The notes: generated by a model from the letters alone, not told the origin. A stretch of 64,000 nucleotides of DNA from Auanema rhodensis (GCA_964057225.1 OZ059896.1:10106001-10170000), one strand, 5' to 3'; positions 1-15,400 are shown, counted from the stretch's first letter. Translations and numbers: made by a program.

Positions 1-984
1 TCAAGAAAAAAAAATTCTTTTAACACACTAAATATTTTGAATGATGTATGATGAGTAGACTACCATGTATCCGATAATTAAAAGAAAAAAAAATATATTT
101 TTAGAATCGAATGACTTGTCTACCCCCAATGAATAATGAAGAAATTAAGAATGATAAGGCAATTTGTTCAGACGAACTTTTCAGCTTCTTGTCAGATCAC
201 ATAATACCTATATATAGACATTTTTGAAATATATTATTGCTGATAAATTTGCAACGAATATTATATTTTTGTCAAGGATTATAGTTAAATGAATGATGGA
301 AAAAATATATATAAATACTACTTTTATAATATAAATATATATTTATAATAATTAAAATTATAAATATGTATAATTTAATATATATTTTTAAATTATTAAT
401 TATATCATATAGTTATTGCATATTTGATATATTTTTTGTTACTAAAATAACGGAACAAATTCATCTTTTTATTGTTTTATTGTCCAATACTTCAGAAGTA
501 ATTTTTCAATTATTTCTGAAAGATTGGCAAGGCTGTTCAACAGAAAGCAGTTGATATTTGAAATTATCTAGTTCCATCATCTTCTCATCGAAATTTTAGC
601 AATAAAAATATTGAAAATTGTCGTTGAAATAACTAAATTTTCAAAAAAATAAAATAAAAAAGAATAACAATATTGGATTAAGTATTAATGATAGAAAAGC
701 CTCTGAAGAAGTGATGATGGTATAGGATTTGATTGGTGATAAGAAATTTTTAATATGATAAGACTATCTTAACACACTTAATTGCTATTTTTATTCCGAC
801 GATCCCATTCAGTTTTGTCTTATCGTTTCTAATATTTAGAGTTGCTTCTACTAAGATGCACAAAACTAAATATAGATAATACATATACAACAATAAATAA
901 ATAATAATAAATATATTAATATAATTAACATAAAATATGTTTTTAAGATTATAATGAGAATCAGTATTAGATGTATATGGTACA

Positions 985-985
<1 letters not shown>

Positions 986-1014
<29 letters not shown>
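986..1014. repeat. (CT)n microsatellite
   Basis: Directly visible dinucleotide run with one interruption. Confidence 0.9.
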
Positions 1015-1015
<1 letters not shown>

Positions 1016-1437
1016 TTATATAAAGAAATATTATTAAAGTTTAAAACTATGATCGTTTAAAACAAAAAAGAATCATATGAAAACAAGAATTTAGTTTTAA
1101 AATTGAAAAAAAAAGAATTATTCTCAATTCATATAAGCAGTAAATAAGTTTCCGGAAATATATGGCGATATAGATGTCGATTTGTTTATATATATACATA
1201 TATATATATATTTTTTATAAAGTAAAAAAGAAAACATAAGAAATAAAAAAATAGAAACTGATTGTAAATAAGAATTGAGGTACGTATGTATAGTGTACAT
1301 ATATCTCACAAAATAATGTGAAAGCTAGTAGTGATGAGATAAAAAAACAAAATAATGGAAAAACTTAATGACACGCTTAAGATAATAAATGATTTTTCAA
1401 TGATTAGTATGAAAGATGATGAATGAATTAAATAGGG

Positions 1438-1439
<2 letters not shown>

Positions 1440-1507
<68 letters not shown>

Positions 1508-1511
1508 GAGA
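1440..1511. repeat. (GA)n microsatellite
   Basis: Directly visible; produces the spurious SLSLSL ORF 1306..1692. Confidence 0.95.
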
Positions 1512-1717
1512 GGAAACTATTATATTGGAAAAAAATATTAGATGGATGAATAGATAGCCATATGAGAGTTAAAGAGGAAAGAAAAATAACAAATAAGAGT
1601 GAAAAACACGAAGAGAAATAGAATGGAAGGGAGGAAAGGACTGAGTAGGGAGAGAGAAGGGACAGGGATGGTAATAGATAGGAGATATACATACATCATC
1701 TGAATGACTATATATAC

Positions 1718-1748
<31 letters not shown>

Positions 1749-1749
1749 T
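1718..1749. repeat. (TATG)n microsatellite grading into (TA)n
   Basis: Directly visible. Confidence 0.9.
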
Positions 1750-2390
1750 ATATATATATAACTATATATATATTTATATATGAAAGATAGAACAAAATAA
1801 AAAGGTGTAAATTGGCAAATATGATTTATGGATATACGAAAACTGATTTGACGGACAACAAAAAGGTTTGAAGAAGTTAAAGAAGATGCTGAAGAAGATG
1901 CGAACGGAAAAGCACTGACGACTGGCATCCTCAGGATAGGGAAAGCTTATTTTCGAATGTTTGTGGAAGGCAGGAAAGCAGCCAAAGATGGGAAAGAACA
2001 GAGGGCTACACAAGGACTGAATTCGCGGCAATAGAATGAGCGTCTGAAAAAGAGCAAATTAGGAAAAAGAAGACCAAAAGCAAAACAATTACGTTTCAAA
2101 AGCATTTTGAACGAGAGCGAGGACAAAGCTGGAGAGGTTACCAAGTTTTTTCATGATTATGAATTATTATGGTTATAATTTACTATGTGAATATAATCAG
2201 TACAAGATATTTATTAATATTATATAATGTCTATTTTTAAATTAAATAAATATTTAATATAAAAATCATAATAAAGATTTTACTTTAACAGTCAATATTT
2301 TCGAAGAAAAAAAAATAAGAACAAATAACATGAATAAACCCTATATTATCTTATTACAAAATATATGCTGTAAGTATAGAGATATAGAGA

Positions 2391-2392
<2 letters not shown>

Positions 2393-2424
<32 letters not shown>
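2393..2424. repeat. (GA)n microsatellite
   Basis: Directly visible. Confidence 0.9.
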
Positions 2425-2429
<5 letters not shown>

Positions 2430-3673
2430 GGAGAGAGGGAGAGAGGGAGAGGTGAGAAGGTTGAAGTGAAGAGAGAACTAATCGAAAAAACTTCAATGAA
2501 AACGAAAAGATTTGAATGAAAGTTGTCGAAAATAAGAAAATTCCCGAGAGAAAAATGAACGTTTCTTTGAATATTAGGTAACATAGTAAAGATGATAACG
2601 ATGTAGGAAAGCTTAAGAAACCTAAGAGACATACATAAATAAATTTTTCTTGTTGTTACGTAATGAAAACATCTTTCTACATAAATATCTTTGAAAAATC
2701 TTTATTTTTTTTTTAAAAAAATATTAAAAAATGGTTAATATACTATATGATAATAATATACATATATTACTAATATATATTATTATTATTAATATAAATG
2801 TATAACTAAATTTGTTATGATGCCAAGTTTCAGGACTACTGGAATCAATTTTCTAAGTGGAAAAATTGCTTCAATTTCTGAAGTTTGGACAGCAAAACAC
2901 ACCGAAAAGCTTCAACTCATTTACTTTCTTGTAACAATGTTGAAAATAATATGAATGCTTATAGAAACGAATATAATCAACTAATCTAGAAAGTAGTAAA
3001 ATCGTTTATATTCAAATAAACATTACAGAGCTTATTATTCTTTTTTTTTTTGTTTAAAATTATGTTATATACTAGTACAATTACTAATAATAATAATAAT
3101 AATAATAAAGATTATTATATATATATATATAGGTTACCAGATATATATTTTTTTAATTTATAAATAATATATTAAATTTTAAAAATAAATATTTATATAT
3201 TATTTATGGGAAATATAATGTCCTTTCATGTCATCATTACTTCATGATTCAATTGAATTTCTATGATCTTTCCATACTATTCGATCAAAGTTGAATAGTA
3301 AATTCTAAATAATATTTGTTTTATCCAATTTTCACTTCAAACCAATGTGAGAGAATAAAAGAAAATATTTACTTTTTTTTTTGAGTTTATTCTTGATTCG
3401 TATTAGTGAGAAATGGCATGAATCTAAGGGTGTTGGGATAAAGTTCAAGCATAAACAAGCTATTTATTATTAAAATATATAAATTCATATTAAAAAAAAA
3501 ATATTAAAAAATAACATTCGTATAGATTAACAATTTTTAGAAAGGAAAAATAATAATTTTTTGATTATAATGACTATCAAACAGTACATGAAACTATGAG
3601 TTCCTATTTAGAATCGATACATACATGTACATATATGAATAATTATATATTATACATTATATATTTACACTTA

Positions 3674-4701
3674 CTATATCATAATTGGAGATTGATTCAT
3701 ACGACGAAGACGTTCTAAACGTTCTAACCGTCGTTTCTCTTTTCGTATTTGTTTCACTGATTCGCTGGAGTTTTCAAGTTCCTCAGGTTTAATTGGAAGA
3801 AGGTTCATGCGTGATGGGATAGTTGTCTCTTCTATATCTTCCTGCTGTACTTCTTCACTAGTTTTTTCAACATTAATCGTAGTAGATACTTCAGTTGAAT
3901 TTAAATTATCGAATATAATTGTAGAGTTGTTACTATCTATGATAGACATAGCGATTTCTTCAATTCGTTTCGTTGATTCAAATTCTTCTTCATTAATATC
4001 TTGTAATGCTTTTGCAATATCAAACGATTCTAAATAAAGGATATTGTTAAATAATATATAATAATTATAATTATAATAATAATTATTATAATTATAATTA
4101 TATACCTTTATTCTTATTCAATGTATCAACTAAGAACGTATCATCATCTTCACCAGAATCATCTTAAACATTCAGCTTATTCACACACACACAGAAAAAA
4201 AAACACAAAAGTAATGTTAGAGAACTCACCAAATTCAGGTTTTGTACTTGTTTCGTCTTCTTTAGTTTCAGGCAATAAAGGAGGAAAACCTATAATTGTT
4301 TAAAGTTAACTATTATTCCTAATACATATGTACTGACTGCCTGTTCGTTCAGCAAAACTTAGAACAGATGTTGTAGCACTAGAATCATCATCAATTTGAT
4401 TTTCTTCAATTTCTTTACTTGCACTTTCTTTATGCTCTTGTTCTATAACAACATGTAAGTTATCAGAAAGAAGGAGGATTTCTACCTAATCCAGTAATCT
4501 GAATACCCAAATTATTATTTTCAAATGAAACAGTAGAATCTCTATAATAATAATATATATTAATTATTAATTATATTAAGAAAACCTTGTGCCTAATGAA
4601 ATTACAAAAATGATTGTAATAGCAATACCGGCAAATGCTATATAAGGTTTGTAACGGAATAAAGAAAATTGTCTTGAATATAATTGAAGTGAAGGTGGCA
4701 T
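3674..4701 (-). CDS. Uncharacterised acidic, Ser/Thr-rich protein with N-terminal signal-anchor (type II membrane or secreted), about 6 exons
   Basis: Hand-spliced: MPPSLQLYSRQFSLFRYKPYIAFAGIAITIIFVISLGTR-DSTVSFENNN...EFDDSGEDDDTFLVD...KEKRRLERLERLRRMNQSPIMI*. Frame is kept across short introns; there is a tttag acceptor just before the ATG. Confidence 0.7.
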
Positions 4702-6489
4702 CACTAAACATTAAAAATCTGTTTTATTTATTAGAATATTAAAGAAATATATAAATTAACGAAATAGAATGATTATATAGTTAGTTAGTTAGTTTATTAT
4801 ATTATTTTTATAAAAAAAATATATTTTATACAATATTATGAAAATTATTATATGGTCTGGTCAAAATCCTTGTGAAGGCTGAGAACAGGAAAACAAGCAG
4901 TATACAACAAATTCACAAATGACCATTTGATTTGAAAATGTCGAAAATGGAAAAAGGAGGGCTATGTGAACAAGGAAGAGAAATACTATCGAGAGAAAGC
5001 TATCCGAGATGTCGTTCGTTGATCTAAATCCTTTAGATCTAACAGTGTGATTTTCATTACCTTCTTAGATTTGATGAGCAGATTATTCAAGCGGAATAGT
5101 GTTAATGACGTGATTGAAAACGTTTTGAAAGTATAAAATCATGTTTTTTTTTGTTATTTAACCTTTACTTCAAGCAAGAGCGATAATGATCATTAATGTA
5201 GAAAAAAAGATTCGAAACGATCCAAATAATAGTTCAAAAAGATTTAAATTTTTAATTATAAAACTAATATAGAAATTGTTTTTAAAAATAAGAAATCAAA
5301 TAATTTGATTAAAATGTTAAATATATAAATACAAAAAATAGTTAAAAACATGCTTGATTCACATATAACCCAAATATTTTAAAATATTTTGTAAGAAACT
5401 TGTAGTAAACAGGAAAACATAATGAAAAAACTATGTAAACTAGATATATAATAACAATACATATAAGCTGTTTAAGACTGAAACCATATTAAGTCTCATT
5501 ATATTCTTAATACATACTATATACATATTTTGAGCTTTTCAGTGTTTCTTATTGAACTGAAACTAGAATTGAAACATTTCCAACAAGGAAGATCGTTCAC
5601 AAATCTATAAGTAAGATCTGCATCGAGGCTTCGAGGCTGTCCTCCAGGTGCATGACGATATCATCACATCATTATGTTTTTCTTTGGGTGCAACTTTGAA
5701 TAAAAATTAAAAGATGAGAGATATCTTAATAGCTTTATTAAGAAATTATAAAATAATTCTTATATTCATGAATATAATGAAGGTTTAGTCGATTTATTAA
5801 TCTTGATATAAGTATAAACTGTATATAATACATATAATATCTATAATATCTATATAAATCTTAACTAAAACTATAAGAAAATTTAATAAAAAGTTTATTT
5901 TTATGTTTTAACTCAGTAAATATCGAATCTTTTATTCTGAAAAAAGCATTAACATTTTTTCTTTTCTTCTTACTGTCTTGAGCTGAAGACAAGAGTATCC
6001 CAAGTTTAGTGAACATAACTGAATACGATATGTATTTATAAAATAAATAAAAATTGAGAGAAATAATCCAAATATAACTATCTACCTATTTCAATATAAA
6101 ATATTTTATATATTATAGTTTCAAAACTAGTAATTGATTTAACAATATTAACCAAAGCCGGAGAATTGTTATAGATTGTACATACATACATACTAGTATA
6201 CTAGATATTGTCAAAATTCATTTGAATATTTTAATTTATTTTTAATTTTTAAATAAATTTCAATAAAAAATGAAATTTTTTTATTTTTTTTATAAAAAAC
6301 AAAACAAAATGAAATAAAAAATTTGATTTAGTATTGTAGTAAGCTTTAATCAAAGATTAATTGAGTTCTGCTTATTATATTTTCATTGTGAATAAACGAT
6401 TAGCTGAGTATTTTTGTATAAAGTAACTAACTATATATGTACATATAGTTTATTAATCATTTTAATAAATAATAAAGATTATTTAACAT

Positions 6490-7280
6490 TTAAACTGAAA
6501 TAACACCTCGTTTGACATTTCGTAATTTATATTCTTCTGCTCGAGAAACAATTCGTTGAACTAATTCTGTTGTAGATATAACTGGTGTTCGAACTGTTTC
6601 CAAGAATCGATCAGCTTTCTAAATAAAAATTATATTTATAAATATATAAATTAATTAAAAATTAAAGAAATAACCTTAAATGGATCATAACAGTCATGAA
6701 TACAAGACAAGTCTTCATTAATTTCATATGGAATTGAATCATGTGCTACAAGATCAATCTGAAATATTGAATTAATTTTTTTAAAAAAAGTTCAAATTTT
6801 AGATAAACTTGATGAATATTTTATTAAAATTATGAATAAATTATACTTACTCTATGCTTATTAGCAAATGCTAATGTTGGATAAAATGGTGGGAAAGCAA
6901 TAACTTCATCAACAAAGGAACAACATTTTACACTTTTGACACGTTCATCATGAGTCATGACTGTAGGACCCGACTTATATTGTAAGCAATCTTCATCAGT
7001 TACAACTTTAATAAAATATTATAATTTATATAGTTATATGTATATATTACCTCCTACTATTAAATGAATATTTGGAAATGAAGTTTTAGCTTGTTTCAAC
7101 TGTTCCATATGTCCATAATGGAAAAGATCATAAGCACCATCAGCATATACTCGAATCTTTCGATCGATTGCTTCAAATAATTATTAAAATTTATGAGGAA
7201 AATGAATATTTACTAGGATGACGTCGAATTTCTGATAGAGTCAATGGTTTGAAGTTAGAATTTGTAGTCAAGTCCGTCAT
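6490..7280 (-). CDS. Choline-phosphate cytidylyltransferase-like (CCT/PCYT family), catalytic domain only; 5 exons, with possible extra 3' exons near 5974-6018 and 5605-5695
   Basis: Spliced translation contains [24 protein letters not shown] (HxGH motif), VDEVI, IDLVAHD and RTPVISTT (RTEGIST-like), ending RNVKRG. Confidence 0.9.
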
Positions 7281-9063
7281 GTGAAAGTACAGTTCTTGAG
7301 TATGAACAAACTAAAAAACAAATAAAAAAAAAGGAAATGTGCTTTATCATAAAATCTGCAAATATCAAAGAAACTGTTAAGTATGTATATTCATCGAATG
7401 AATAAAATGGAGAGTTATAGCTGAAATGTAATTGAGTTTCCATGACTCCCACCTAGTCTTTGTCCATTTTGAACATAGCTAATAATCAATGGAGTCAGAC
7501 AGATTAAAGGAGGGCAGTTATAGATAATGTGATGAAAGTGAATTACATAAAAAGAGAAAGAAAAGGAAAAAATGAGAAAATAAAATTAAAAACGAAATAT
7601 TATACGATTATATGAGGTTTAGAAGAATAAAGTGAGAGAAAATAGAAGATAGATCATGGAATATATATGAGGTATAGATAGATAGAGTGAGAGGAAAAAA
7701 AGAAATAAATAGAATGAAAAAGAAGATAAGAAGAGAGAGAGAGAAAAGGAAATAGAATGAGGAATGATCATAGAAAGTAAGAATACATAGAAAAGGAGTG
7801 GGAGTGAACTCATGAGAACATAAACAGAGAACAGATTAAAAAATGAAGAAGAATAAAGAAACTTATATGAATAAAAATCAAAAGAAGATCTACATATATT
7901 CAGAATCATCAAGGATTTCTATCTTAGATGTTTTTTTTTAATCTTAAATATTTGCATATAAATATGTTATGTTTATATGATTTTTTTGATTGAAAAAAAA
8001 AGATGAAATATCCAATAAATGATTTTTTTTTTTTTAATTAATAATAAATATAAAATTAAAAGAATATAAGAATATAATTATAATAACTCATCATTCATAT
8101 AAGACATTCAATGTATTTGATAAAGTAATTAGTTATATGTTTTAAGCTTTTAACTATAGTTATCTATGTATATACCAATATACTTCGTTACAGATAATGT
8201 TATCAGTTTACTAATTCATATGTAATATAGTTTTTGAAATGAAATTTTGAAATATTATTTCTTTATAAAATATATTTTATTCTGAGGTCTGAGGTCTGAT
8301 TTTAAAAATTTGGGTATGATTAAAATAATTTTATAATATTTTTACGGGATTATACATACTGATACGTGAATGGATGTGTTGAATTAAACAAATATATTAT
8401 ATTATATTAATTATATACTATATATATATATCAAATTAATTATATGATATGAAACAAATAAATAGATGTAGCACTATTGAAAGCATGATCTGAAATGATA
8501 TGAACAAAAGTACTTTTTTTTATAATTTAACTTACGCACATGCACGTATTATATTATATATTATATATAATATATAATATATACATATATATATATATTT
8601 GAATTGAACAAATCTTATCTTGTGTATATATTATTAAGAATATATGAATAATATTTTCTAAATATTAACTATATACTATGTATATTTATATAATATAATA
8701 GATGTGTCAATAAGTACATGACCATAGTATGTCTTGTCAAAAAAAATCAAAAAACTATAAAAAGAGAAAAGATTTTATTTCTGAAAATATTGTCCCTCTC
8801 CCCCCACTTTCGGATTACTTTCTCATATTATTAATATTCCTATTTTATTATATCTTCTTATGTACATAATATGTATGTATAGTATAGTATGTATAGTAAT
8901 ATTTGTATGTTTTATAACAATTTTTACATGAAATTTATAAATACTTACATGTATATCATATATTATTTTTAATAATAATAATAAAAAAAAATAAAATGCT
9001 GTAAATCTTTTTAATTTCAACAATATTGAACCGTTATAGTATAATCTAATGTTTATTATAATC

Positions 9064-11050
9064 TTAGTAATTACGAATTACACTCTGAAATATATTTTAA
9101 TTAATAAATATTTCTTTAATTTTATGGTTATTATATTACCTCAACAACAAAATGCTTATCATATTGCCTACTAACATCTTGAAATCGTGTATCGCCTATA
9201 AATAGCATAGTTAATAATTATACTTATCTATCTATTTATCTATTTAATAATAATTATATATAAACCTGTGGGTAATACTTCTACAGTTCTACTCCAATGT
9301 CTACCTTGGTTAGGTCCATCCCGAAGTACGGTATCCAATTCTCCCTTCAATGTGATTCGAGAAAATATTTTTTTTTGTATCACACTTACCTTCCATGTTC
9401 TTTGATTCTGTTCATCTACTAATTTTCCTGATTCATCTTTCCATTTCCAATTATCTTCAACTTTTCGTTCAACGACTCCTTAAATAAGTTATTATAATAA
9501 ATTAAAAAAAGATATTTATAAAATATTTTTAAAAAACTTTACATATATTCATGAATATCCATAGTTTTATGTATAAATTGAATATATATATGATTTTTAT
9601 TAATTTTATACTTTAAATATATTTTTTCATATAGTTATAATGTGTTAAACTTAAAATATTCGTCTTAATGTTCAAATTTAAATTCTTATAATATTTTGAA
9701 TAGGCAGATTGATTGCATACACATATATGAATTTGATTATAATTCTTATGTATTAATTGAATGATGACGTTTCTACTATATATTCTTATCAAATACTAAT
9801 ATTTAATATAAGTAATACATCACAAATCTTCTATTTTACAAATGTTCTTCATCATATTTTCTACTTTTTGAATCAAATATGAATAGATGAGAGGTGATGG
9901 AATGAGAAATGGGAAAAGCATATGATTGTATTCATTCTCATCATTTCGTTATTTTTCTTTTTATTAATAAAGCTAATGAAATGTATTCAAGTATTAATAA
10001 TATTAATAAAGATATTTTATAAGAAAACTTTTCATTTTGGCATCAAAATATTGATATCTATAGATATCTTGATAGATAGAAGGTACATACATACGTATTT
10101 GAGTGTATGTTAATACTTGTATAGACAAAGTTCTAATGTAACATTTCGTATAAACTATATATAAATATAATTATATATATATATAGTTAATAGTTATTTA
10201 TAATATTTTTCTTTAAAGGATAAAATATATATAAATACGTACTTCTTGCCATTGTTGTAATCAGATTATTATCATTATCATCAATAATGTTAGAAAACCA
10301 TGAATCCTTTTCAACTGGTGCTCCACTAGCATTACTTATTGGAGGCCATTGACGAACAGTATTACTTACAGTACCTTAATATAATTTTTTTGAATAAAAC
10401 AATGTATATATATACTATTTTCTATATATCATATGATATACCTTGTGTTACAGAATCACGATCATAAGCAAAGTTAGTTCCTCGATCAAAAGCAGTTGGT
10501 GTTTTGCTTCTTCTAGACGTATGCGAAGTGAATGGCATAGAACTTTAATTATAAATGTTATAGATAAATATTCTGTTTATGTGCTTATATGTATGTACCT
10601 ATACACTGAACTTTGATGGAAAGGTGTTGTTCTTCCAGCGGATTCGTGGGTATATGGTCCAACTGATCGATGTCGTCGTCTCACTTCATTTTCACTGCAA
10701 ATAATCACATTTTTTTATATTTTTATTCCTTATAACAAACTTTTTTTTTTCATCAATAATATAATATTATAATAATATATACTATATGTTTATACATATA
10801 ATTAGTAAATTATATATAAGATTTTAAAAGTTTCATCGAAAAATTGATTGGTTTTATACAATAAATAGAAGAAGAAAAAAGAAATATATAATGTGTATAT
10901 TACTGTTGACTACATCTTTTTTCATTCACTCTTTTTATAATATTATATTAAAATATTTGTTTTAGTTGTGTAAAAAAAAACAAAAAAAAAATGCTCCGAT
11001 CTAAATGCTTAGAAGATTCCTTTGTTTTTATTTTATTATAATATCTAACT

Positions 11051-11102
<52 letters not shown>

Positions 11103-11495
11103 CTATGTATAGTTAGTTATATTATTAAATTATATACTCACATTTATAATATAATATGTATAAAACATATGCATATATCATAAATATTATATATTGCTTT
11201 AACTTTTAAGTGTTATACATGACAAAATCTTGTTTTCATTCAAATTCTCTTAGTCATTTTCTACTTTCATCCCTACTATAGCTTTCTTATCATTTCACGA
11301 AAATACAACATTAAATTTTTATATTTATTCTCACAATTTAAAATATGATTTTTTAATTTCTTGATTTTCATCAACTCCCTCGAAATTGTATACACAGGTT
11401 CGCATTGATTAAATAAAATTAAAAGTTATCATTAATATATTGAGAAAATTCAAAAAGTTCTGTGAGTGAGAAAAAGGGTGAGAGAGAGAGAGAAG

Positions 11496-11548
<53 letters not shown>

Positions 11549-12065
11549 TTCAATTCCAAGTTTGCTATACTACATAATGAATACCCAACTCAGATAAATG
11601 AATGTTGCCATGGCTTCACGACTTGATATTCTTTTCTTTTGATAAAGAAATATGAAGATTGAAAGGGATATTAAAATATATAGTACAACATAAGAGTGAA
11701 TTATATATTTATTTATTATTTTTATTTTCTTTAAAAAGTAAAATTATATTGATTTTAATGATTATACGTGTATAAATTACTAAAATAACTTATTTATATT
11801 TAAAAATTAACATTTTATTTAATTATTTATAATTTCCCTATCAATTTCTGAGCTTGATCAATATTGAACTTTGATAGAAACTTAGTCACATGTTTTAAGT
11901 GAGGTATGGTGAGAAAAGTGATAGAATCTTTAGCGTATAAGGTCTCTTAACAAATCTTCTACTTGGGTTACTTTCGTTTAAAACTTAATCTAAATTAATT
12001 ATATATATGTATATGATAAAGCTGTTAAAGCGAGATTGAAATACATGAAGAGAGATAGATAGATT

Positions 12066-12120
<55 letters not shown>

Positions 12121-12412
12121 CGCGCAAGAGATATACATATACGGATAAAGCAAATGGAATAGATGAGAGACGTTAAAACGTGAGAGTACGAGAAAAAGGA
12201 GAAAATAAGAATGTATAGAGAGAAATATATGTATCTATAAAAGAGAAAATAGCATATGAGCAGTCGGATTATCAAAATTGAAGAAAATATGGGTAAAAGT
12301 AAGAGAAAAAGAGAACTGCAAAAGAATAGAGAGAACGAGAGAAAGAGAAACTAAGAAAAAGAAAGCTATTGAGATAGAAAGATTGTTAGTGTTGAAGAGA
12401 GCGAGAAGGAAT

Positions 12413-12446
<34 letters not shown>

Positions 12447-15400
12447 TTTATAGATGTAGTATCTGAATCCTAATCATAATTTCCTCATTCCTCTCTGTCC
12501 CTCATTACCAGCCCTCATACAAAACTAAATGTTTTATTCTATTAACTAACACAATGACCATTCTTACATTCTTGCTCAGAAGCATTTCATTATTTATTAT
12601 TGTTTTTTAAAAATTATATTTATTTATTTTATATTTTATAAAAATTTCTTGATAACATATGCACATACCTCTGTTGAAATGGTGAAATGTTGCTGTTATA
12701 TTCATAATTGTTCGGCTTATATAAACAGCTGCTACTAGGAGTTTCATGAGAAATTGGATTTGAACGATAGGTTTGATATCCATTAGATGTTTCATATCCT
12801 GTTTCTCCTCCATAACTTTTCATGCTACAGGCTGGAGTTACAGGACGAGAATCATATGTTGTTGGTTGTCTGAAATAATGAAATTTGTGTCTATTTAGAG
12901 GAACATGCTTTTCATTTTAATTCATTCGCAGCAACCAAGGCTTTTTTATTATTTTTATATAAATTAAACTATTTTTGTCCTTACACATAAGATCATTCAT
13001 TATTAAATAGTTAAAAGCATGTGATTATTTAAGAATTAATGTTAGAATTTTATATTTGTATTCCTTCTATCACCTGTTAATCATATCTCTCATTTGCTCT
13101 ACTTCATCAACTGGTGAAAATACGCTTCGACCAATTCGATATCCATCAGAATTTTGATTTGGTTTTGGTCTTAATGAACTAATTATTTAAACAAAACTAT
13201 TTAAATTTAATAAAAGAAGGATATTTAAATAAATTCAGTACCTGAAAACAAATTGAGCTTCATCATCAGTTGTGTCTTCTAGTCTGGAAACAACTTGTTC
13301 AAGTTTTCGCATTGTTGGACCAACACTACTAGCTCGATAAGAATGAGGAGTTATAGCTCGTTCACGCCTGAAATTCAACACTTCCTTAAATTGATTTGAG
13401 AAGATCAGAATGATGTTAGAGAATACTTATCTATATTCATCCATTAAACCATATTTAAACTTTTATTTCGCTAACTAAAAATTAGTTATTCCAACATATA
13501 GCTAAATCTTAATCAACTATATATTTTTCTTTCTTTTTTTCTTAACTATAAACACATATTACTTCATTTTCTTTGATGCACATTAGATATTTTCTGTGCA
13601 ATCATCCGTATCATTAATAGAAAATATTAGTAATAATGGATATTATGGAATTCTTAAAGAAAAAAAAATTTACAACTAGAAAATGAAGATATTTTACATG
13701 AGATTTGCATATTTTGTTTGTTTTTTTTCCATTTTTTTCTCTTTTCTATTCTTTTCTATTCAAAAGTTATCTTATTTTCTTCAACTCACAATGAAATGCA
13801 TACTTGCAAAATAATCGTTTAACTACCAAAGACTTAGTTTTCATTAACTTTTAAACGTTATTTTTCATCTTTTTTTTTATATTTTTATTATATTATTAGT
13901 TATTATATTATATTATATATATATATATATAATTTATAGTTTAAAATATCGATAAGATTATATAACAACGTATATGTATAACCTTTTTCTCAAACTTGAT
14001 ATTCAATATAAAAATATGAAATAACTTTAGACATATTGAAAAGAGAGAAAGAGAAAACTGAAAGTTATATTTAGTCCGAAATAAGATTATTTGAATTCAT
14101 CTTCTATATTTTCGATGACACATATTTACCTCTCGTATAATATGCATACATATATGTATCTAAACCTTCATCATATAAGAACTATTCAATATATAAAGTT
14201 TTTTTTCCTTTAAATATCTAGAATATTTAACTATTACTATTTCTTTTTCTTTGTTTTTTTTATTATAAGATAATATTTAAAATGATAGTTGAATGTTACC
14301 TCTCTTGAGTCTTCCATTCAGCCATGTCTGGGTGACAACTTTGTGTCATTTCACGTTGAGCTGACTGGCCACGTTCTTGTCGCATACGTTGAGTTCCTGA
14401 AGTTTTCGTTTAAAAATAACAGAAAATTATATTATTTCTCTAATAATAATTTATTATAGTTTAACCTTTCGTAAAATCTGTTTCATTGTTATTTTGAAAT
14501 GTTAAATACTACTTGATTGACGAGATACTATAGTTTTGACATGACTACGTCAAATTCTTTGGAATTGACTTGAAATTTTGGTTGATTAACAATTTATTTT
14601 TACTTCTTCGCATTTATTCTTGTATTTTCTTTTTCTGAACATTATTATTCGTTAATTCTTTCTTTTTCTTTCTTTTTCTTTCTTTTTCTCTCTCTCACAC
14701 TCTCTCTCCCCCTCTCTACTTCTTCATGCTTTATCACAAACCTCTTTTTTTTTATTCATTCAATTTAATATATTTTAAAATAAACCCATTAAATAATAAT
14801 AAATATAATTTTTTTGTTTTTCTTTTGTTAAAAATTATTCTAAAGCTTTTATAAAAATTCTTCTACCTGAGAGTTCGGCAATAACATCAGCTGGGAGGGT
14901 TGGAATTCCTTTCTTGGCTTCTTTGAATTCTTTTGTTGGTGTTTTTCTTTCTGCTACATCCTTGTCCATTGATGTTCCTATTCGAATAGGCTTTGGTGGA
15001 GGTGGAGGAGGTGCAGGAGGTGGTATAGATAATTCACGAAAACTAGAATAATAGTATATACTAATAGTATATTGATTATACATTTCAATGAATTATATAG
15101 TAGACCACAATGACTTAATTATTTTCTTTTTCAATTACAATTAATTATTTTTATTAACACAAGAATTCAACTTACTGTTCTTCTGGAGCAGTTTCCTCTT
15201 CGACATTTGGTGCGAAGACTCTCTGAGTGTAGAATGATTCCGAATCGGATGCTTGAAAGTTTGTAGCTGGTACAGTCTTCTGCGTTTCGTTCTGTATTTG
15301 ATCATCCTCAACATCCAAAATTGGATCAAAAACAACTTTGTTATAGTTAGGAGAATCACATAAACTGTTTTGTTGGCTAAATGGTTTTGGAGTTGCTGGA

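Noticed and set aside
1124-2632. Several minus-strand ORFs rich in SLSL/YIYI/HTYI
   Set aside because: They are translations of (GA)n, (TA)n and (TATG)n microsatellites and purine-rich tracts, with no splice or codon support
2817-2954. 45-codon plus-strand ORF (MMPSFRTTGINFLSGKIASISEVWTAKH...)
   Set aside because: No partner exons or recognisable motif; cannot be supported
11604-11617. X-box-like GTTGCCATGGCTTC in an intron
   Set aside because: The second half-site lacks the RAC ending and it is not near a start codon
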